Below, piece by piece: positions 57,801 to 64,000 of a DNA stretch of 64,000 nucleotides. The position numbers and the translations under genes are program-made. The DNA is from Pachysolen tannophilus NRRL Y-2460 (taxonomy: Eukaryota), in contig KV454012.1 in assembly GCA_001661245.1 (NCBI GenBank), positions 1,786,418 to 1,850,417 of the forward strand. Direction: 5' to 3'. Under the pieces are notes generated by a model that saw only the letters and a list, made by a program, of their open reading frames with translations, made no database searches and was not told where the DNA came from. How positions within the stretch are numbered: the first letter of the stretch is position 1; each line of letters starts with the position of its first letter.

Positions 57801-60564
57801 TATTGTTATCAATCCCGTATTCACAAATACCAAAATAACATCATCTTATGCGGAGCAGTGTTGGATACAATTAATCAATCCAGTTTTGGTGGACCTCTGT
57901 TTTAAGAAAAATGCTTTGCCAAGTCTTGCAAAATTTGGATCACAACTTTTAACAAACCTCTTTAGCATAAGGTATCCGATAAAGCAGCACAATTATAATC
58001 AACTTAGGTGTTTGTCAAACAAAAAAGTTAAACTTTTTGAAGTCAATTCTCTTCTTCCTAAATGGGTTCACAGTCTGTTTGAGTCAATAAATATTACAGT
58101 TACTTATGCTTTTAGGTCTCCAAAGATTACAAGTTTCGAAAAGTTAAACTTATTTTCTTGTTATATCAAGTCTTTGCAGCAAATTATTCAAAGAGAACCA
58201 AAACCATCGAAGGCAACTACTGACATTATTTTTTCAATGAAAACTTTATATTTGGAATTTTTGCAAAACACTGATTCCTCCATCAAAATTAGGTACCTTA
58301 CGGAGTTGTTAAATAACATGGGAAAGATTTTTGGAATTTCATTTTTATTTGGGAACAAAAGAAATGACACAAACTTGTATAAGAGTACAATTGTAAAACT
58401 TTTATCGCAAAATGTTCTTGAAGTTCAATTAGCAGAATTGTGTAATTCCATTATACAAGGTTTAAGTCCAGAATTAAAGCTTTCATTTTTTAATGATTTG
58501 TTATCTTTGGATCGTGAAGTTTTAACGCGCATTGTTTGTGAGGATTTGAACCAAAATTTGTTTTTGAAGAATCTGAACCTTGATTACAAAGCTTTAGGCT
58601 ATATTTTTTCAGTTGTACCGGGAAAGTTTATAAAACCCGAAACAATTTCAGATATGCTAAATCATATCAAGACATCACTGAAGGACAAGAATTTTTTTTA
58701 TTCTATAAGATCATTAATTAATGTGGGGTGGGATGATTCTATGTTTAATTATGCAATAGAAATTTTGTATTCTTTCAAGAATTCTGAATTGAGTAGCTCA
58801 AAGAAAAGGTCCTTTTCGCTGTTATTTTCATCTATTTTGAAGGCTCGTTTTGTTGCGGTCGACAAGAAGTCTTCTTTGAGTTTATTGAGTTTATTAGTCA
58901 GGCTAAACGAAAAAGAAGAATTAGTTGTTTTTAAAAATAAAGCCATCGGTTTATTTCAAAATGCAATTGGTACTAATGATTCAATTGAAGCATCTTCAGT
59001 ATATGCTTCCATATTAAAACTATTCAAATCAAATGAGGATTATCTGAGTTTGCAACTTTATGTTACTCCTGTTATCAATACTGAATTAGAGAAAGTGGTC
59101 GAGGAACTAGGATTGTTTCAAGATAAAGAACTTTATACAGGAGCATCTAGAAATTCAATTGTATCGAAAACAATGACTCTAGAAACTGCCCCATTATCCG
59201 AAACTCCGGTAATGGCTATTGATATTACTAACCAGGCAAATTTGATTCCCGCAAAGAATAATTTTGTTAAACAGAATTTTAACTGTGAATCAGCTAAGGC
59301 GGTTGAGGAAAATTTCCAAAAAACTAATTGTGAAGAAGTTTCTTCGGCTGACAATATCGAAGCTCCAGTTGCCAAAATCGTCCAGGAATCATTAAACGAG
59401 AGGAACGAGAAACATATTGGAGTTTTAGTAAAAAACGTTGGATATTCGAAAAAAATTTGTGACATATCGACACCACATCCAATAGAGGTAAAAGATGAAT
59501 ACCATGATAGCCGCTCACAAAAAACTTTTGAAAAGATTCAAAAGGATGACAATGATAATAGCAAATCACAAGAGCAACAAATTGTGGTTGTTAATAAAGT
59601 TTCACTGGTTGAGAATACATCTCAAGAAGGAGAAACAGACCAATTTAATTCTTCCAACAATATCTCACAAACATTTGATAACGATAATACTTCTGTTGGT
59701 AAAAAGAGGATGCTTGATAACTCTGGCGTACTTTTGAACACGAGAAATTACAAAAAGGGAAAAGTGAATGAACCGAATGAGATATTGACTGATAATTCAT
59801 TGTCAAGTGTGGTCATACTGAAACCAGGTTCTTTTGAATGCATTCTCCCCGCTTTTTCTTCGTCTTCAGGATATCCTTCTCCCGAGTTTGACAATGAAGA
59901 TGCAGCGACAAGCGATAAGTCATCACTTCAAAAATCATCTTCCGAGTCTGATACAAGTCGTTCTGTATCTTTTTCGAGTTTCGTGGTTAAATCTAATTCA
60001 ACAAAGAGAATGAGTTTTTCTGAAAAAGCAGATAACGATGTAGGTCTTGTTGTTAATGTCTCTAATCGATCACAAGAAACTGCTGTTATAGAAGAACTAG
60101 TCGAAATGAATAACACGGCAGAACGGTCTAGCACTCTTATGATCAAGCAAAACAGTTCTCAGGAGGACGAGGATATTTCATTCAGACTGGATCAAAAAAT
60201 AGACCAACAGGAAGATGCTACCAATAGCAATGCAGTTGTCTCCATTCACTCAAGGCAATTGATTCCAACAAGTTCTAATGCGAATCAATTGACACGAACA
60301 AATTGCGACAATCATAACTTAGATAGATTATCGAATCAAGTGGTTCTCAGCAACAATGAAAATAACAAACAATTTGGTAACATGTTCGATTTAAACAGAT
60401 GGGGACCTTTGCAGCAAATGGGCTCACGGGGTAAATTAATATCAATAGGGCGTTTACTAGGTGAAGTAGAGTCACATCAACTTCGTGCATTATCGAATGA
60501 TGAAAAAAATGGGTTGGAAAATGAATTATTAAAATTAATCATGAAATTAAGAGGTATGAACTAA
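54808..60564 (+). CDS. RIF1: Rif1 (telomere/replication-timing PP1 regulator)
   Basis: KKVAFSD and SILK PP1 motifs followed by a HEAT-like region (FEVYASLN, TRIDTQAIKLL), a disordered linker and a C-terminal LS.DEK..LENELLKLIMKL helix. Start uncertain. Confidence 0.85.
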   Translation: MMDHKHGHRLEIDMPVTLKTTRSGSRSKSRLRSRKGRFPAVGNRMSASCLSSRGSLLIRDNENKESVISDDIEELSIKEFKANSNIRTGGRSRECWYFDVDSPEDRESLLSNLGIGSFFSEPLVSPSSPKSSLGSKVFQYQKKRLNIGSGPQRYVEMGNFLQTKNLKRRCGGILHENTHQKLNNHSEKILFTEKIIDKIENKNFELNSEIRLDEGDNQILPLDLAGYNKDTKISEGNIHLIDNNFNFENKENVNGSDSDGDDRSLYSNSRISTPSDSQRNTPIKSVTTSLQNPELCDASAASPLSSRKRKRALDTIFYDVFEPRKTKPLPTTATTTTTTITPNFGILNKKSDNTLNEKEIPDSNIKELENELVVQEENFENKQIEKETLAPTSDIKETESGKTTVTEIITHNIDIPESNEQQKYLILPLPKLIQKSPKLPVIQETEIQNHRTKEYKQKDFPHDEFSLLSSPIEKEVNHKNKEILAASQHTEIPKSVLPTGKSTVTSLSKESTPLKKKVAFSDDIETSELQVQSSPLKGSTPLKSILKNDKNPSFSSPLKKEHKQLTNKLLLEPPHWSKGFILLLEAKNEEEISILINRTVSALGDEKFDLKFEVYASLNNLIKINDVAVSVPAFARCSKELLRYIVRDIYECENDLLSEGLNNPFVTRIDTQAIKLLNYLFSYQEINKTFVVLTCQHLIFHACQMLQNESIPKSLAKQYLQLIGQHNLSPKIISPKTSETLLFAVLRMKYFESASIVIEKLSTLKNLISSYPSMMSKNLKSWFGFLVINLTDFHPSLHIQIINATTIVLKEFSSRYSGDRKVQYAVHLFLHQPLSDVLSNLPSQFKTQVDREMSSLSAESLSSHYLAIDYISEKLTALLENDEGESVMNIWSSLTLVMNISNERDIENWEKLSSWTDINKKCFNKHSSASKVFAVKAWKNMIYTSCSDLNLFSPLRSSFPPIKRFSLLLSPFHWASMILPLDQELADALEELFLNFCYIVINPVFTNTKITSSYAEQCWIQLINPVLVDLCFKKNALPSLAKFGSQLLTNLFSIRYPIKQHNYNQLRCLSNKKVKLFEVNSLLPKWVHSLFESINITVTYAFRSPKITSFEKLNLFSCYIKSLQQIIQREPKPSKATTDIIFSMKTLYLEFLQNTDSSIKIRYLTELLNNMGKIFGISFLFGNKRNDTNLYKSTIVKLLSQNVLEVQLAELCNSIIQGLSPELKLSFFNDLLSLDREVLTRIVCEDLNQNLFLKNLNLDYKALGYIFSVVPGKFIKPETISDMLNHIKTSLKDKNFFYSIRSLINVGWDDSMFNYAIEILYSFKNSELSSSKKRSFSLLFSSILKARFVAVDKKSSLSLLSLLVRLNEKEELVVFKNKAIGLFQNAIGTNDSIEASSVYASILKLFKSNEDYLSLQLYVTPVINTELEKVVEELGLFQDKELYTGASRNSIVSKTMTLETAPLSETPVMAIDITNQANLIPAKNNFVKQNFNCESAKAVEENFQKTNCEEVSSADNIEAPVAKIVQESLNERNEKHIGVLVKNVGYSKKICDISTPHPIEVKDEYHDSRSQKTFEKIQKDDNDNSKSQEQQIVVVNKVSLVENTSQEGETDQFNSSNNISQTFDNDNTSVGKKRMLDNSGVLLNTRNYKKGKVNEPNEILTDNSLSSVVILKPGSFECILPAFSSSSGYPSPEFDNEDAATSDKSSLQKSSSESDTSRSVSFSSFVVKSNSTKRMSFSEKADNDVGLVVNVSNRSQETAVIEELVEMNNTAERSSTLMIKQNSSQEDEDISFRLDQKIDQQEDATNSNAVVSIHSRQLIPTSSNANQLTRTNCDNHNLDRLSNQVVLSNNENNKQFGNMFDLNRWGPLQQMGSRGKLISIGRLLGEVESHQLRALSNDEKNGLENELLKLIMKLRGMN

Positions 60565-60681
60565 GTTCTTTTTTTACCTCTTTTTCCTTTGTATCATAGT
60601 TTATAAAATTTTTTTACTTCATCTTAATAATATTTTCTTGCATTGTCTTGTATTTGTATTTGTAGAAATAAATATTTTTTT

Positions 60682-61395
60682 TCAAATCATATTTAAATTT
60701 AATAGACTAACTAGTAATCCTACACCTATTTTAACGGTATCTACAAATATTACACCTTCAAATATATTACAAAACTTCTTATCCAAGCCACTCAAGCCAG
60801 CACAACCAAGCAATATGATTTTAACCCCTTTTTCGTTTACTAAATAGCTAACTTTATTTTGCAATTCTTCAAACTTTTCAGGATCTTTCAATTCCAAGAC
60901 ATTAATATTACTAGCCAAAGTCGGTTCGACAAAACTAGGTAATAACAGCATATTGTCATTATCTGAATTGAATTCTTTGCCATAGAAAAATTTGTGTAAT
61001 GATTCATTCAAAAGTTTTTCCCATTCGTTATTGGACGTCAAAATTGCAAACTTGTGAGTTGGTGTATAGGCTAAAGCATACATGATACTTGCCAGAAAGA
61101 TTCCCAATACGGGCTTTGAGGTCAACTCACGTAGTTTATAAATAAGTGGATGATCTGAATAGCATGCAATAAGGAAACCATCATATTCATCAATTTGTGA
61201 TTCTAGTTCAGGAAGACAGCTATTTGTTGAAATAAGAGAAGTTTCCAAATCTGAAATCTCTGGAGGTGATGATGCAGGCCCTGTATAATACTCAATCTTA
61301 TACAATGATGTAAACGATAACTCTTTGACCAATGGTTTCAAATTATCTGTCATTACTTTCGATGAATTGGGATTAATTATCAATATTGACTTCAT
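60682..61395 (-). CDS. DCG1: Asp/Glu/hydantoin racemase-family protein
   Basis: ILIINPNSS..MT, YDGFLIACYSDHPL, IILLGCAGLSGL with two catalytic Cys. Confidence 0.88.
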   Translation of the reverse strand: MKSILIINPNSSKVMTDNLKPLVKELSFTSLYKIEYYTGPASSPPEISDLETSLISTNSCLPELESQIDEYDGFLIACYSDHPLIYKLRELTSKPVLGIFLASIMYALAYTPTHKFAILTSNNEWEKLLNESLHKFFYGKEFNSDNDNMLLLPSFVEPTLASNINVLELKDPEKFEELQNKVSYLVNEKGVKIILLGCAGLSGLDKKFCNIFEGVIFVDTVKIGVGLLVSLLNLNMI

Positions 61396-61609
61396 CCTCT
61401 CAACTATTATTACTTGACTATGCTTTGAAGATAAAAATGTATATATATTTGTATTATAAGATGATAAATAATTATGTACGATTTTTTCCTTATCTTTTTG
61501 ATTTCAACTAGTATTGTGGACATATTGAAAAAAAAGATAAAAAAAAATTTTCTTTTTAATATTAATCGACGGGAAATACAAACTGTGATCTCCAACCCTG
61601 GGCTTCTTA

Positions 61610-62602
61610 ATGGTAATTAAAACCAGGATATCACAGCTTGTTCAATTGCGGATGGTTAGAAATCAAAAATTGTTTTATGCGGTAAAGATTGGTCTGAAAC
61701 CTGGGGTTTATGAATCGTGGGACGAATGTTCAAAATATGTAAAAGGTTATCCTAATGCTGTTTATAAGAAATTTAAGACATTATCGGAAGCAAGAAATTT
61801 TATGGATATTCGAGTTAATGATAAGGATAAGGCTTGTGATATTTATCGAAAATTCAATTTAACAAGTGGGGAAAAAAGAACCACTTCTATTTCTGAAACA
61901 TCAAATATAGACAAGACTAAATCTGATAAAGATACTTATATTAATAAAAATATTGAATTAAATTCAAGTGAAGAGCAAAAAAATGAGGAATCTGAACATG
62001 AAATATACATTGATGGGGCTGCTAGGAATAATGGATCAAAGAAGGCATTAGCTGGGTATGGTGTATTTTTTGGTGACGGTGATGAGAGAAATGTTGGTTT
62101 GCCCGTTAAGGGACCTTTCCAAACGAATCAAAGGGCTGAATTATTAGCAGCACAACATGCTATAACATCAATTTATAAAGAGTTGAAATTAAATAATATG
62201 GTGCCCGTAATAAGGTATAAACTTAAAACAGATTCTCATTACGTTTTGAACTGTTTAACAAAATGGTATAAATCTTGGGAACAAAACAACTGGCAAATAA
62301 CTAGATACAACCAGCACAACCATTTGAAAACAAAGAATACGAGATTCCATCATCATATCAATCTGAAATCATCCTCCTCATCAACACTTGGAGTTGAAAC
62401 CATTAATTCTAAGAAAGAAGTTATGCATAAAGATATAATAAAACCTACTGTTGAGATGCTCAAGATAATAAATGGGGTTTACAAACAGAGAAACTGGGGG
62501 GATTTGAAAATTGAATACGTCAAACTGCACTGTGGAATCTTTGGGAACGAGATGGCTGATAACTTAGCAAACCAAGGAGTTGATAGACAAAGTTATCTAT
62601 AG
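61610..62602 (+). CDS. RNH1: Ribonuclease H1 (hybrid-binding domain plus RNase H domain)
   Basis: FYAVK.G..PGVY.SWDEC..VKGY..AVYKKF, IYIDGA..NG, QTNQRAEL, TDS.Y, VK(CTG)HCG..GNEMAD.LA. Confidence 0.95.
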   Translation: MVIKTRISQLVQLRMVRNQKLFYAVKIGLKPGVYESWDECSKYVKGYPNAVYKKFKTLSEARNFMDIRVNDKDKACDIYRKFNLTSGEKRTTSISETSNIDKTKSDKDTYINKNIELNSSEEQKNEESEHEIYIDGAARNNGSKKALAGYGVFFGDGDERNVGLPVKGPFQTNQRAELLAAQHAITSIYKELKLNNMVPVIRYKLKTDSHYVLNCLTKWYKSWEQNNWQITRYNQHNHLKTKNTRFHHHINLKSSSSSTLGVETINSKKEVMHKDIIKPTVEMLKIINGVYKQRNWGDLKIEYVKLHCGIFGNEMADNLANQGVDRQSYL

Positions 62603-62915
62603 TATAGAATTATATAGTGTATATACCATTTTACGCATTGGTGTACCACACACTTTGCGTTGCGCACCACGTATTGAGCACCATATAGACTCTATAGGCG
62701 TATCGCTTAAAGTAAAATAAATGTGTACCGCATTTGTTTAGGAAGAATATCGTTAAATTGCGGAACCGTAAAAAAAAAAAAAGACAGAAAAAAGACAGAA
62801 AAAAAAATAAAAACTTGCGTACGCATAACGTGCACTTAAATGTGCACACAAATAGTAGTAAAAAAAACACATTTTCTTAAATTGCGCACTACTTTTGTAT
62901 TTGTTAAAGAAAACC

Positions 62916-62938
<23 letters not shown>

Positions 62939-62946
<8 letters not shown>

Positions 62947-62948
62947 CA
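62939..62948 (-). promoter_or_regulatory. RRPE element upstream of FUN12
   Basis: AAAATTTTCA at the end of a poly(A) tract, 140 bp before the ATG. Confidence 0.55.
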
Positions 62949-63087
62949 CCACCAAAACACTCACACACACTAACCAAAATTGGTTAAATTCTTTAATATA
63001 CATAAAATTAAAGAGATAGTATACTCGCGTGCTTTAGAAAAGATTATAACAATCAATTTCTAATATTAAGTCGAAAGGAAATCCATT

Positions 63088-64000
63088 ATGGCTAAAAAGT
63101 ATGTTTATTAAAGATGATTCGGGTTTGAAAAATTAATTAATTATATTTGCTTTTGCAATTTTTTTTTTATTTTTTTTTTGGTAATTTTGTAAAGAACTAT
63201 ATCGATGATGAATACTAACTTTGATTTTTCAGGACGAAGAAATCTAGTAAGTGGGAAGAAGATGATTGGGAAAATGATATCCCAAAGGCTGAGGAATCAG
63301 CAGATACCCCGGCTTTAGAGGCTGATGGGGAAGAATCGACACCTGTACCAGATGCGGAAGCAAAGACTCCTTCTGAACTTTCTGAACCACAAACTGCTTC
63401 TGCTGATAGTTTAGCAGGAGATTTTATGGCAACTTTGAAAAAATCGAAAAATAAGAAACAACAGAAAGATGAGAAGGAAAAGGAGGAAAAGGCCAAGCCA
63501 AATAACACTAAAGGACCAATCATTAAATCTAAGAAGGAAAAAGAGAAAGAAAAGAAAGAATTAGAAAAACAGAGGAAAAAGGAAATTGCAGAGAAGAAAA
63601 AAGCTGCTGCAGAGAAAAAGAAAGCTGAAGCTGAAGCTATAAGTGGAAAGCATGATTCACCTTCTCAAAAAGATAGTGGTAGTAGTACTTCTGGTGTAAA
63701 AAGTGGCGAAAATGAAAAAAACTCTTCAAACGTTGAAGATGAACTGAAAAATACTGCTGTAGAAGAAAAGAAACCTGCTGCAGCTGGGAAAAAAAAGAAG
63801 GTATTACCAAATATTGCAGCTTTAAAACGTCAATTGGAATTGAATAAAAAATTAGAAGAAGAACAGCGCTTACTGCAGGAAGAAGAAGATAGACAAGAAA
63901 GAGAGGTTGAAGAACGTGCCCTGGAAGAAGAAAGATTAAAAGAAGAAGCCAGACTTGCTAAGAAAGAAAGAGACAGATTGAAAAAAGAACAATTAAAAGC
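63088..64000 (+). CDS. FUN12: Translation initiation factor eIF5B, 5' part, spliced: exon1 63088-63098, intron 63099-63232, exon2 from 63233, running off the window
   Basis: ATG GCT AAA AA|GTATGT...TACTAAC (63213)...CAG|G gives MAKKTKKSSKWEEDDW; then GDFMATLKKSK and K/E-rich coils as in Fun12. Confidence 0.88.

Noticed and set aside
26360..60564. Apparent functional clustering (PP1 partners Spc105, Rif1, Ppq1; mRNA factors Pan2, Cbc2)
   Set aside because: Explained by ancestral synteny or chance; no shared regulatory signal seen.

Overview
AT-rich, gene-dense budding-yeast (Saccharomycotina) nuclear DNA with about 25 protein-coding genes, four clear 5'-proximal spliceosomal introns, one H/ACA snoRNA and a 480-N assembly gap. 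In several conserved proteins (Gsh1, Lsg1, Pic2, Rnh1, Fsh) in-frame CTG codons fall where homologues have Ala. The organism therefore appears to use the CUG=Ala code (Pachysolen/Nakazawaea-type yeast), and the supplied ORF track mistranslates CTG and misses spliced first exons. Gene order: NOP8, RIB4, AMMECR1-like, PBP1, TRX, ABZ2, SER2, PHAF1/UPF0183-like, GSH1, Cys-tailed orphan, LSG1, snR82-like, USE1, DDR48, SPC105, PIC2, VPS45, TCO89, PAN2, RTC6, RTT10, CTI6, PPQ1, CBC2, CUP9/TOS8, FSH-family hydrolase, RIF1, DCG1, RNH1, FUN12 (5' part). The central block interleaves genes that lie on two ohnologous S. cerevisiae segments. The least explained signals are a candidate spliced 76-codon ORF/upstream transcript over the DDR48 promoter, a RIB4 intron that is an open frame with its own ATG, and a phased TGACA/MSE array upstream of thioredoxin. 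All homology calls rest on recalled motifs; no searches were run.
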